Positions 52,297 to 61,383 of a DNA stretch of 62,976 bases are shown here, piece by piece. Each line of letters opens with the position of its first letter. Position 1 is the first letter of the stretch. Source of the stretch: an uncultured Collinsella sp. (GTDB lineage Bacteria; Actinomycetota; Coriobacteriia; Coriobacteriales; Coriobacteriaceae); the NCBI GenBank assembly GCA_958348565.1, contig CATVZP010000001.1:1-62976 (forward strand), read 5' to 3'. Under the pieces are notes generated by a model. The model had not been told where the DNA came from and did no database searches. It worked only from the letters and a program-made list of their open reading frames with translations. The position numbers and the translations under genes were made by a program.

Positions 52297-53720
52297 GAAT
52301 CTGCTTGGTGCTCGAGGGCTGCTATCCCTACGTGCACGGCGGTGTGTCCACCTGGATGCACGGCTACATCACGGCCATGCCCGAGCACGAGTTTGTGCTG
52401 TGGGTGATTGGCGCCCACGCCGAAGACCGCGGCAAGTTTGTCTACGATCTGCCCGGCAACGTCGTCGAGGTGCACGAGGTGTTCCTGGACGATGCCCTGC
52501 GTCTTTCGGGCGAGCAGGAGGAAGTCGACTTCGACGACCGCGAGCGCGAGGCCCTGCGCCGTCTGGTCTCGCTCTCCAATCCGGACTGGGACGTGCTGTT
52601 CGACATTTTCCAGCGCCGCCACGTGCATCCGCTCTCATTTTTGCAGAGCCGCACGTTTATGGACATCTTCCGCGACGTGTGTCTGGCCGAGTACCCGTAT
52701 ACGCCTTTCGCCGACGCCTTCCACACCATGCGTTCGATGTTGCTGCCCGTGCTCTATCTGCTGGGCAGCGAGGTTCCGGTGGCCGACGTGTATCACGCCA
52801 TCTCGACCGGCTACGGCGGTCTGCTCGCAAGTTTGGGCTCCAGCATGAATAACGCGCCGGCATTGCTGACCGAGCACGGCATCTATACCCGCGAACGCGA
52901 GGAAGAGATCATTCGCGCTGACTGGGTGGTGCCCTCGTTTAAGGACCGTTGGATCCGCTTTTTCTACCTGCTTTCGGAGGAAATCTACCGTCGCGCTTTT
53001 CGTGTGACGAGTTTGTTCCACAACGCGCGCAAAACGCAGATCGACATGGGTTGCGATGCAGAAAAATGCCTGGTTATCCCCAACGGCATTCAGTTCGATC
53101 GCTTTAAGGACATTCCCTTAAAGCCCGATGACGGCTGGGTGGACATTGGCGCGGTGGTGCGTCTGGCGCCCATCAAGGACGTCAAGACCATGATCTATGC
53201 CTTCTTTGAGTTGCACGAGCGCCTGCCGCACGTGCGCCTGCATATTATGGGTGGCGTGGACGACGAGGAATATGGCGCCGAGTGCCATGCGCTAGTGGAG
53301 ACATTGGGCGTGCGTGACTTGATCTTTACCGGCCGCGTCAACGTGGTCGAGTACATGGAAAAGCTCGACTTTACCATTTTGACGAGCATCTCGGAGGGCC
53401 AGCCGTTGAGCGTGTTGGAATCGCTGGGCGCGCGTCGCCCCTGCGTGACGACCGAGGTCGGCTGCTGCCGCGAGCTGCTCGAGGGCGCCCCCGGCGACGA
53501 CTTTGGCGTTGCCGGATATGTGAGCCCGCCCATGTATCGCAAGGGTCTGGCCGATGCCATGGAGCGCATGTGCGCGAGCCGTGCCCGCCGTCTGGAAATG
53601 GGGGAGCGCGGCCAGCGTCGCGTGGCGACCTACTACCTACACGAGCAGATGCTCGCCAACTATCGTGCGCTGTACGACGAGACGGCTCGCGCGTTCAATT
53701 TGCCCAAGAAGGAGGTGTAG
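52293..53720 (+). CDS. pelF: GT4 glycosyltransferase PelF
   Basis: EGCYPYVHGGVSTW, HAISTGYGG, LTEHGIYTRER, IKDVKT, SISEGQPL. Confidence 0.93.
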   Translation: MRICLVLEGCYPYVHGGVSTWMHGYITAMPEHEFVLWVIGAHAEDRGKFVYDLPGNVVEVHEVFLDDALRLSGEQEEVDFDDREREALRRLVSLSNPDWDVLFDIFQRRHVHPLSFLQSRTFMDIFRDVCLAEYPYTPFADAFHTMRSMLLPVLYLLGSEVPVADVYHAISTGYGGLLASLGSSMNNAPALLTEHGIYTREREEEIIRADWVVPSFKDRWIRFFYLLSEEIYRRAFRVTSLFHNARKTQIDMGCDAEKCLVIPNGIQFDRFKDIPLKPDDGWVDIGAVVRLAPIKDVKTMIYAFFELHERLPHVRLHIMGGVDDEEYGAECHALVETLGVRDLIFTGRVNVVEYMEKLDFTILTSISEGQPLSVLESLGARRPCVTTEVGCCRELLEGAPGDDFGVAGYVSPPMYRKGLADAMERMCASRARRLEMGERGQRRVATYYLHEQMLANYRALYDETARAFNLPKKEV

Positions 53721-53723
53721 CCG

Positions 53724-55268
53724 GTGGCCGGAATCGGTTTTGAGCTCAAGCGCCTGTTTAAGCGCAAGGGTCTGTTTGCCACGATGCGCGCCTATGGCTA
53801 CGCCGGCATCGTGTGCACGGGCCCCATGCTGCTGGGCGTACTGTTGCAGGTGGGCATTTTGGTGCTGTGCGGTCTGTGGGACGTGGGCCGCGCCAACCAG
53901 GATCTGCTGGTGTGCATGGTGACCTATACGCTTCTGGCGTCGCTTACGCTCACGAGCTTTTTCTCCATGCCCGTCACGCGCTTTTTGGCGGACATGCTGT
54001 TTGCCGAGCGCGAAGAAGAGGTCTTGCCCTCGTTTTGGGGCTCCAACGCCATCATGCTCGTTGCGGGCACGGTGCTCTACGGCGTATTTTTGCTGTTCTC
54101 GGGCGCCACGCTACTGCAGGGGCTGCTGTGCCTGTGGCTGTTCAACATTATGATCGTCAACTGGAACGGCATGAGCTATCTCACCGCTATTAAGGACTAC
54201 CGGGGTATTCTGTGCAGCTTTGCCGCGGCCATTGGCGTGGCGTGCCTGTGTGCCTTGGCCGCGCTGGCACTGGGGCTGCCGCCGGTCGAGGGCCTGCTGG
54301 CCTCGATCGCCCTGGGCTACGGTGTGATGCTCGCTTGGGACGTGGTGCTGCTGTACCGGTATTTTCCTCAGAGCGAACGTAGCCCCTGGCTCTTTTTGCG
54401 CTGGCTCGATCAGTTTATGCCGCTGGCACTCACGGGCCTGTTTACCAACCTGGGACTCTTTGCACATCTGGTAATTATTTGGGCCGGCCCCATTGGCGTG
54501 CAGGTCAAGGGCTTGTTTTATGGCGCACCCTACCACGATGTGCCGGCGCTCATCGCGTTTTTGACGATCCTTGTCACGACCGTCAACTTTGTAGTGTCGG
54601 TCGAGGTCAACTTCTATCCGCGCTACCGCGACTACTACAGCCTGTTTAACGACGGCGGCGTGGTGGGCGACATCGTGGTGGCCGAGGAGGAAATGCTCGC
54701 CACGCTCAACCGGGAGCTGCGGTTTTGCGCGCTCAAGCAGCTGTTTGTGACGGCAGCGGTCATCTCGCTCGAGACCACGGTGCTCTCGGCCCTGCCACTG
54801 GGCTTCAACAACCTTATGCACGGGTATTTTCGTACGCTGTGCGTGGGCTATGGTCTGTATGCCGTGGGCAATACGGTGATGCTCATCTTGCTGTACTTTA
54901 CCGACTACAAGGGCGCCGTGCTTGCCTCTGGGCTGTTCGCGGGCGTGGCGGGGCTGGCGACCATCGTCTCGCTGTTCTTTCCGCAGCAGTTTTATGGCTT
55001 TGGCTTTTTGCTCGGCGCGGCGGTGTTTTTTGTTGTGGCGCTCATGCGGCTCGATACTTATACCGCTAACTTGCCGTATCGTATCCTGAGCCAGCAGCCC
55101 ATCGTGGCGACCGACAAGACGGGTCGCTTTACGGAGTTGGGCTGCTTGCTCGACCGTGCCGAACAGCGCTACGAGGAGCTGCGTCTACAGGGCGAGCCGC
55201 ATGGTGCGTTTGAGCGCACGGTGGTCCGTGTGTATCGCAATCGTTGGGGAGGTCCTGATGACCGATAG
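53724..55268 (+). CDS. pelG: Pel exopolysaccharide transporter PelG
   Basis: MAGIGFELKRLF N-terminal signature; about 12 TM segments; VEVNFYPRYRDYY. Confidence 0.93.
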   Translation: MAGIGFELKRLFKRKGLFATMRAYGYAGIVCTGPMLLGVLLQVGILVLCGLWDVGRANQDLLVCMVTYTLLASLTLTSFFSMPVTRFLADMLFAEREEEVLPSFWGSNAIMLVAGTVLYGVFLLFSGATLLQGLLCLWLFNIMIVNWNGMSYLTAIKDYRGILCSFAAAIGVACLCALAALALGLPPVEGLLASIALGYGVMLAWDVVLLYRYFPQSERSPWLFLRWLDQFMPLALTGLFTNLGLFAHLVIIWAGPIGVQVKGLFYGAPYHDVPALIAFLTILVTTVNFVVSVEVNFYPRYRDYYSLFNDGGVVGDIVVAEEEMLATLNRELRFCALKQLFVTAAVISLETTVLSALPLGFNNLMHGYFRTLCVGYGLYAVGNTVMLILLYFTDYKGAVLASGLFAGVAGLATIVSLFFPQQFYGFGFLLGAAVFFVVALMRLDTYTANLPYRILSQQPIVATDKTGRFTELGCLLDRAEQRYEELRLQGEPHGAFERTVVRVYRNRWGGPDDR

Positions 55269-57027
55269 GATGATATCGCGTCGCCGCTTGATTGAGGCGG
55301 CTGCCGGCACATTGCTGCTTTCGGGCTGCTCTTCGCAGGACGAATCCTCGACAAAAAAGACCAAGAAGCAGGACAAGATTAAAAAGGCCGATGCGTCTAG
55401 CGAGACCAAGCACCTTCGCGACAAGGATGAGCTGTACGAGGTCTACGATGACTCGGGCATCGTATGTATGTACCTGACGGTCTCGCGCGGCAACAGCTCC
55501 GAGAATACCGACCATAGCTGGGCCGAGATCAATACGTACTCGGTCTACGACTATGCCGACATGGGCGTGACGCGCTATCAGGTTATGGGCCTGCTGCAGC
55601 CTGGCGATGATAAGGGCCCCGTTGCCGGTGAGGTCGGTTATGGTGAAGAGGCTCCCAACGCTACCGTGCAGGTGCGCGGCCAGACGTCGAGCGGTTATAC
55701 GCAGAAGAATTACAAGGTGGAGCTCAAAAAAGGAAAGGGTACCTGGCGCCAGCAGCGTGCGATTGCGCTTAACAAGCACATGGGCGAGGGCATGCGCTTT
55801 CGTAACAAGATGGCCTACGATTTGATCCGTGGCATTCCCCAGATGATGGGCCTGCGCACGCAGTTTGTGCACTTATGGGTGTGCGACCAGACCGAAAAAT
55901 CTAACGACACCTTTGAGGACTACGGACTGTTTACGCAGGTCGAGCAGCTCAACAAGACGGCGCTCAAGGCCCACGGTCTGGATAAGAGCGGGCATCTCTA
56001 TAAGGTGAACAGCTTCGATTTTCATCGCTTCGAAGACACCATTAAGCTCGCCGATGACCCCGACTATAACCAGACGGCGTTTGAGGGCATGCTCGAGATT
56101 AAGGGCGATTCGGACCATACCAAGTTGATCGAGATGCTCGATGCGCTCAACGACGATACGCAAAAGATCGACGATGTGCTCGACACCTACTTCGATACCG
56201 AGAACCTGGTCTATTGGATGGCGTTTCAGATCTTGACGGGCAATTGCGATACGCAGAACCGTAACTGCTATCTGTACAGCCCGCTTAACTCCAAAGTCTG
56301 GTACATCCTGGATTGGGACAACGACGGCATGCTGCGCAAGCTCGAGTTGAGCCTGACGGGATTCTCGGATTATGCGAGCTGGGAGCGCGGCGTGAGCAAC
56401 TACTGGGGCAACGTGCTGTTTAACCGCGCGTTGCGCGGCAAGTCGTTCCGCAGCGAGCTCGATAGCGCCGTGAAGGACCTGCGCTCGTATTTGACCGAAG
56501 AGCGTCTGAGCAAGATGGTCGAGCATTATCGCGAGGTCACGGAGCCGCTCGTCTTTGCTGCGCCCGACCTGGAGAATCTGCCCGTGACCAAGGACGAATA
56601 CAAGCAGATTGCCGCGGCGATTCCTTCCGAGATCGAGGAGAACTATAAGAGCTATCGCGAGAGCTATAAGAAGCCCATGCCGTTCTACATTGGCGTGCCG
56701 CAGATCGATAACGGTAAGCTGCGCGTGAATTGGGACGCGTCGTACGACTTTAAGGCGCGCGACATTCGCTATACCGTGGAGCTTGCGCGCGATTACGCCA
56801 TTACTGACGTGATCTTTAAGGCCGAGGACGTGCTGCTGCCGGAGGTAACGTGCGATGCGCCCGATACCGGCCAGTACTTTGTGCGCGTGCGTGCCACCAA
56901 CTCCGACGGCTATACGCAAGATGCGTTTGACTACTATGTGACCGACGACGGTAAACAGTACGGCATGAAGTGTTTTTACGTGCAGGACGGCGGTAAGGTC
57001 GTGGAGGACACGTATGAGGAGGGCTAG
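55258..57027 (+). CDS. CotH-family kinase-like lipoprotein (probable Tat signal)
   Basis: SRRRLI...LLLSGC; VRGQTS..QKNYKVEL, YGLFTQVE, GNCDT..RNCYLY, WDND. Confidence 0.82.
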   Translation: MTDRMISRRRLIEAAAGTLLLSGCSSQDESSTKKTKKQDKIKKADASSETKHLRDKDELYEVYDDSGIVCMYLTVSRGNSSENTDHSWAEINTYSVYDYADMGVTRYQVMGLLQPGDDKGPVAGEVGYGEEAPNATVQVRGQTSSGYTQKNYKVELKKGKGTWRQQRAIALNKHMGEGMRFRNKMAYDLIRGIPQMMGLRTQFVHLWVCDQTEKSNDTFEDYGLFTQVEQLNKTALKAHGLDKSGHLYKVNSFDFHRFEDTIKLADDPDYNQTAFEGMLEIKGDSDHTKLIEMLDALNDDTQKIDDVLDTYFDTENLVYWMAFQILTGNCDTQNRNCYLYSPLNSKVWYILDWDNDGMLRKLELSLTGFSDYASWERGVSNYWGNVLFNRALRGKSFRSELDSAVKDLRSYLTEERLSKMVEHYREVTEPLVFAAPDLENLPVTKDEYKQIAAAIPSEIEENYKSYRESYKKPMPFYIGVPQIDNGKLRVNWDASYDFKARDIRYTVELARDYAITDVIFKAEDVLLPEVTCDAPDTGQYFVRVRATNSDGYTQDAFDYYVTDDGKQYGMKCFYVQDGGKVVEDTYEEG

Positions 57028-57805
57028 CGCGCTGCTTGAGCGTCTGGCGGCTCCGCCCGTGCGAACCACGCAGGAGCGTTACCGCCACGAGCTCAAGTAC
57101 CTCATTAACGAGGGCGAGCACGCCGCGCTGGCCTGTCGCATGGCGCCTGTCTTTAAGCTGGACAAGCATGCGCGGGCGGGCGGTTACACCATTCGCAGCC
57201 TGTACTTTGACGACTACTGCAACTCGGCCTACGAGGAAAAAGACGCCGGCATTCTCATGCGCAAAAAGTATCGCGTGCGCATCTATAACGGCAGCGACAA
57301 GGTGATTAAGCTCGAGCGCAAAAAGAAGTACGGCAGCTGGATCTACAAGGAGGACGCGCCGCTCACGCGCGACGAGTTTGAGCAGATCCTAGCCGGCGAC
57401 TACGACTTTTTGCTGCGGAGCCCCCAACAACTCTGCCGTGAGTTCTACATCGAGTGCATCTGCAACATGATGCGCCCGCGGACCATCGTGGACTACGAGC
57501 GCGAGCCGTGGGTGATGGATGAGGGCACCGTGCGCATTACGTTTGACATGAACGTTCGTGCCGCGGTGGGAAGCTTCGATATCTTTGACGCGACGCTGCC
57601 CGCGCTGCCGGTCCTGGAGCCCGGCAAGCTGGTGATGGAGGTCAAGTTTACGGAGTTTTGCCCGCAGTTGGTGCGCGATATGGTGCCGCCGGGCGCGGCC
57701 GAGCTCACGGCGGTCTCCAAGTACTGCCTGTGTTACGAAAAGACCGCCTACTTGCGCGGCTTTAACTACTGGGAATCGGATTTTGAGAACCGAGGGGATA
57801 TTTAG
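57014..57805 (+). CDS. VTC-domain (polyphosphate polymerase-like) protein
   Basis: RHELKY, YTIRSLYFDD, RKKYRVRIY, RITFD, MEVKF, SKY. Confidence 0.87.
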   Translation: MRRASALLERLAAPPVRTTQERYRHELKYLINEGEHAALACRMAPVFKLDKHARAGGYTIRSLYFDDYCNSAYEEKDAGILMRKKYRVRIYNGSDKVIKLERKKKYGSWIYKEDAPLTRDEFEQILAGDYDFLLRSPQQLCREFYIECICNMMRPRTIVDYEREPWVMDEGTVRITFDMNVRAAVGSFDIFDATLPALPVLEPGKLVMEVKFTEFCPQLVRDMVPPGAAELTAVSKYCLCYEKTAYLRGFNYWESDFENRGDI

Positions 57806-57808
57806 ACC

Positions 57809-58474
57809 ATGAGCACCAGGGACTTTTTTAAGAACTCCGTCTTGGAGGCGTTTGGTCAGGTCGACCCTGCCAAGATCGGCCTGTCGCTGCTCGTGGCACT
57901 CGCCATGGGCATCCTGATCTATTACGTGTACAAGCGCTTTTTTACCGGCGTGGTGTACTCGCGAAGCTTTGCTGTGACGCTCGTGGGCATGTGCGTGCTC
58001 ACCTGCATGGTCACGCTCGCGATCTCGACGAACGTGGTCATCTCGCTCGGTATGGTCGGTGCTCTGTCCATCGTTCGTTATCGTACGGCGGTCAAGGATC
58101 CGCTCGACCTGTTGTATCTGTTTTGGGCCATTACCACGGGCATTACGGCGGGCGCCGGCATGTATGCGCTTGTGGGGCTCACGGCTGTGGTGATTGTGGT
58201 GATGATTGCCGGCTTTGCGAGCCACCAGGACAAGGCGCGCGTGTACATGATGGTGATTCACTACGCTGGCCAGACCACCGGCGATGATATCGTGCGTGCA
58301 TTTGGGCGCACCAAGTTCACCGTCAAGTCCAAGACCATGCGCGGTGACAAGGTGGAGATGACCGTGGAGGTGTTCTCGGACGGCGTTGACATGCCCTATG
58401 CAGACGCCATTCGCGCGCTCGACGGCGTGGAGGACCTGACGCTCATCCAGTACAACGGCGAATACCACGGGTAA
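57809..58474 (+). CDS. DUF4956 membrane protein
   Basis: YSRSF, SLGMVGALSIVRYRTAVKDP. Confidence 0.87.
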   Translation: MSTRDFFKNSVLEAFGQVDPAKIGLSLLVALAMGILIYYVYKRFFTGVVYSRSFAVTLVGMCVLTCMVTLAISTNVVISLGMVGALSIVRYRTAVKDPLDLLYLFWAITTGITAGAGMYALVGLTAVVIVVMIAGFASHQDKARVYMMVIHYAGQTTGDDIVRAFGRTKFTVKSKTMRGDKVEMTVEVFSDGVDMPYADAIRALDGVEDLTLIQYNGEYHG

Positions 58475-58480
58475 CTATGT

Positions 58481-58618
58481 TCCGGCGTTTTAACAAACGC
58501 CGGACCGCTCGACGCTGCGCGGGCATCTGCCGGGCGATCTGCCGCTCAAACCGTCGATCGCGTACATAAAGTACGCTTCGCTCCTCTTTCGCGGCACCTC
58601 GCCACGGCAGCTGCCCGC
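58481..58618. repeat. Highly structured intergenic element (short hairpin plus ~100-nt nested hairpin)
   Basis: TCCGGCGTTT/AAACGCCGGA (58481-58504); GCGGGCATCTGCCG (58519-58532) vs CGGCAGCTGCCCGC (58605-58618); inner GGCGA/TCGCC, TGCCGC/GCGGCA and GCGTAC/GTACGC. Confidence 0.6.
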
Positions 58619-58711
58619 TCGCTGACGTTTGCTCGACCAGGAATTCTATTTACTCAATTTGCTGGCAAGGCAGCTATCATGGTGCTTGTGAATTCGTTGT
58701 CAGGGGTGCTC

Positions 58712-59692
58712 GTGGTAAAGATGAAAGATGTGGCCGAGCTGGCCGGCGTTTCGAGCGCCGCCGTCTCGCGCTACCTCAACGGCGGATATATCTCGGCGGA
58801 CAAGGCCGAGCGCATTAAGCAAGCGATTGAGCTGACCGGATACGTGCGGTCTAGCCAGGCTCGCGCGCTGCGCACCGGCTCTACCAAGCTCATCGGCGTC
58901 ATCGTGCCCAAGATTAACTCGGAGTCCGTGAGCCGCATTACCGCCGGCATTGGCCAGGTACTCGGTCGCCGTGGCTACCAGATGCTGCTTGCCAATACCG
59001 ACAACGCGGCCGATCGCGAGCTCGAGTATCTTGATCTGTTCCAGAACCATCCGGTCGATGGCATTGTTCTGGTGGCGACCATGATTACCGACGAACACCG
59101 TCGGGCGATTGAATCGTGCCGTGTGCCCATCGTGCTGATCGGTCAGAATGTTGAGGGCGCGGCGTGCGTCTATCACGACGATTACGAGGCTGCCTTTGAG
59201 TTGGGCCATGCGCTTGCGGGTCGCGTGGACGGCAAGATTGCCTATATTGGAGTTACCGAAGAGGACCGCGCGGCCGGTTATGACCGCCGTCGCGGTTTTG
59301 AGGCCGGCTTGCGCGCCGCGGGTAACCCGCTCGATGCCGCCTTGATTCGCCTGGGCTCGTTTACGCTCGACTCGGGCTATGGTGCGGCGCGTGAACTGCT
59401 TTCCGTCGACCCCGATGTTTCGTTTATCGCGTGCGCGACCGACACCATGGCGGCGGGCGCGCTGCGTGCCATCGATGAGGTTCGCGGCATGGGCGAGGGT
59501 ATACACCGCGTGAGCGGTTTTGGCGACAACGCGTTTTTGCGCGCGCTGACGGGCGGCATTCCCACCGTGCATTATGGCTACCTGACCAGTGGCGTCGAGG
59601 CGACCAATATGTTGCTCAACACGCTCGATGGCGTGGAGGGGGAGAGCGGTCTCAAGACGCTCAAACTCGGCCATCAACTTATGAATGTCTAG
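58712..59692 (+). CDS. scrR: LacI-family repressor (ScrR-like)
   Basis: MKDVAELAGVSSAAVSRYLN HTH plus sugar-binding domain; adjacent to the sucrose PTS. Start is GTG 58712 or ATG 58721. Confidence 0.88.
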   Translation: MVKMKDVAELAGVSSAAVSRYLNGGYISADKAERIKQAIELTGYVRSSQARALRTGSTKLIGVIVPKINSESVSRITAGIGQVLGRRGYQMLLANTDNAADRELEYLDLFQNHPVDGIVLVATMITDEHRRAIESCRVPIVLIGQNVEGAACVYHDDYEAAFELGHALAGRVDGKIAYIGVTEEDRAAGYDRRRGFEAGLRAAGNPLDAALIRLGSFTLDSGYGAARELLSVDPDVSFIACATDTMAAGALRAIDEVRGMGEGIHRVSGFGDNAFLRALTGGIPTVHYGYLTSGVEATNMLLNTLDGVEGESGLKTLKLGHQLMNV

Positions 59693-59780
59693 GCTTTGGG
59701 CATGTCTGCCTGCCTTTGAGGCCCCTGTTTTTGCGGTAAAACTACCATTCGCCGGCTTTTTCCTACCGTTCACCCTACTA

Positions 59781-59820
59781 TGAAAACGATTACAGACATA
59801 TGAAACTGAAAACGATTACA
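59781..59820. promoter_or_regulatory. Tandem LacI-family/cre-like operators TGAAAACGATTACA x2
   Basis: Identical 14-mers at 59781-59794 and 59807-59820, pseudo-palindromic with central CG, upstream of the PTS gene. Confidence 0.75.
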
Positions 59821-59876
59821 GTGTAAGTGTCAAAGGTAGTCGGGTGCGCATGCACCCGTTGGAGGAAAGGGAAGTC

Positions 59877-61277
59877 ATGGACTACCGCAAATCAGCCCAA
59901 GAGGTGCTCGACAACATCGGTGGCGCCGGCAACGTTGTTTCGGCCGCACACTGCGCCACGCGTCTGCGCCTGGTGATTGCCGATAACGCGAAGGTTGACA
60001 AGGAGGCCCTCGAGAATATCGACGGCGCTAAGGGCGTCTTTGAAGCCCAGGGCCAGCTCCAGATTATTTTTGGCACTGGCACCGTCAATAAGGTCTACGA
60101 GGAGTTCATCGCGCTCAGTGGCGTCGAGGCTGCCACCAAGGCCGAGGTCAAGGAGGCCGCGGCGCAGCAGCAGAACATCTTTATGCGCGCCATTAAGGTG
60201 CTCGGCGACGTCTTTGTCCCCATCATCCCTGCCATCGTGGCCTCGGGTCTGCTGCTGGGCATTATGAGCGCCCTCAACTTTATGGCCTCCAACGGCTTTA
60301 TCGCGCTCGACACCAATAACTTTATCTACAAGATTGCCGACCTGGTCTCGGGCACGTCCTTTGGCATTCTGCAGATCCTGATCGGTTACTCCGCCGCTAA
60401 GGCTTTTGGCGCCAACCCGTATCTGGGCGCCGTTGTCGGTGGTGCGTTCATCAACTCCTCGCTACAGAGCGCCTACACGGTTGCCTCCGAGGGCGTGCAG
60501 ACCATGGTCAACGTCATCCCCGGTGTGTACAGCTTTGAGTGGGTCGGTTATCAAGGCCACGTTATCCCCATCGTCATCGCCTGCGCTATTCTGGCCTTCC
60601 TCGAGAAGCGCCTGCACAAGATCGTTCCCGAGATGTTCGACCTCTTTGTGACCCCGCTCGTCTCGGTGTTCGTGACCGTGCTCGTGACCCTCGTTGCCGT
60701 CGGCCCCATCTTCGTGTGGGCCGAGAACGCCATTCTCGGTCTGATTCAGGCCCTGCTCACCCTGCCCTTTGGCATCGGTTCCTTTATCGTCGGCCTGTTC
60801 TATGCCCCCACGGTCGTTACCGGTATCCACCAGATGTACACCGCCATCGATCTGGGCCAGCTCGCTCAGTACGGTGTGACCTATTGGCTGCCCATCGCCA
60901 GCGCTGCCAACATCGCCCAGGGTGGTGCCGCGCTCGCCGTTGCCTTTAAGACCCGCGATGCCAAGATCAAGGGTCTGGCGCTTCCTTCGGCCCTGTCCGC
61001 CTTCATGGGCATTACCGAGCCTGCCATCTTTGGTGTGAACCTGCGCTTCTTTAAGCCCTTCATCGCCGGCTGCATCGGCGGCGGTTGCGGTGCCCTGGTC
61101 TGCGCGCTCACTTCGCTGGCTGCCTCCGGCACGGGTGTTACGGGTATCTTCGGTATCCTGCTGTGCCTGGCCCAGCCCGTGCAGTACGCGATCATGTTTG
61201 CGGTTGCCGCGGTCGTGTCCTTTGCCATCTCGTTTGTCCTGTACAAGGACGAGCCCAAGGCTTCCGAGCAGGCCTAA
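59877..61277 (+). CDS. scrA: PTS sucrose-type EIIBC
   Basis: SAAHCATRLRL (EIIB Cys), QIIFGTG, GYQGHVIP, TGIHQ, GITEPAIFGVNL. Confidence 0.9.
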   Translation: MDYRKSAQEVLDNIGGAGNVVSAAHCATRLRLVIADNAKVDKEALENIDGAKGVFEAQGQLQIIFGTGTVNKVYEEFIALSGVEAATKAEVKEAAAQQQNIFMRAIKVLGDVFVPIIPAIVASGLLLGIMSALNFMASNGFIALDTNNFIYKIADLVSGTSFGILQILIGYSAAKAFGANPYLGAVVGGAFINSSLQSAYTVASEGVQTMVNVIPGVYSFEWVGYQGHVIPIVIACAILAFLEKRLHKIVPEMFDLFVTPLVSVFVTVLVTLVAVGPIFVWAENAILGLIQALLTLPFGIGSFIVGLFYAPTVVTGIHQMYTAIDLGQLAQYGVTYWLPIASAANIAQGGAALAVAFKTRDAKIKGLALPSALSAFMGITEPAIFGVNLRFFKPFIAGCIGGGCGALVCALTSLAASGTGVTGIFGILLCLAQPVQYAIMFAVAAVVSFAISFVLYKDEPKASEQA

Positions 61278-61291
61278 GAGCTTTTGATTGA

Positions 61292-61333
61292 GGAACGCCC
61301 GCGGGCTGTATGCTCGCGGGTGTTCCCCGCATC
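61292..61333. repeat. Intergenic REP-like hairpin; inverted copy begins at 62960
   Basis: GGAACGCCCGCGGGC-TGTAT-GCTCGCGGGTGTTCC; 61317-61333 is the exact reverse complement of 62960-62976. Confidence 0.6.
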
Positions 61334-61383
61334 TGGCGCCGATCTTTGGCACCTTGTAACTTTCGATCCGTTAGGACTTTGAT

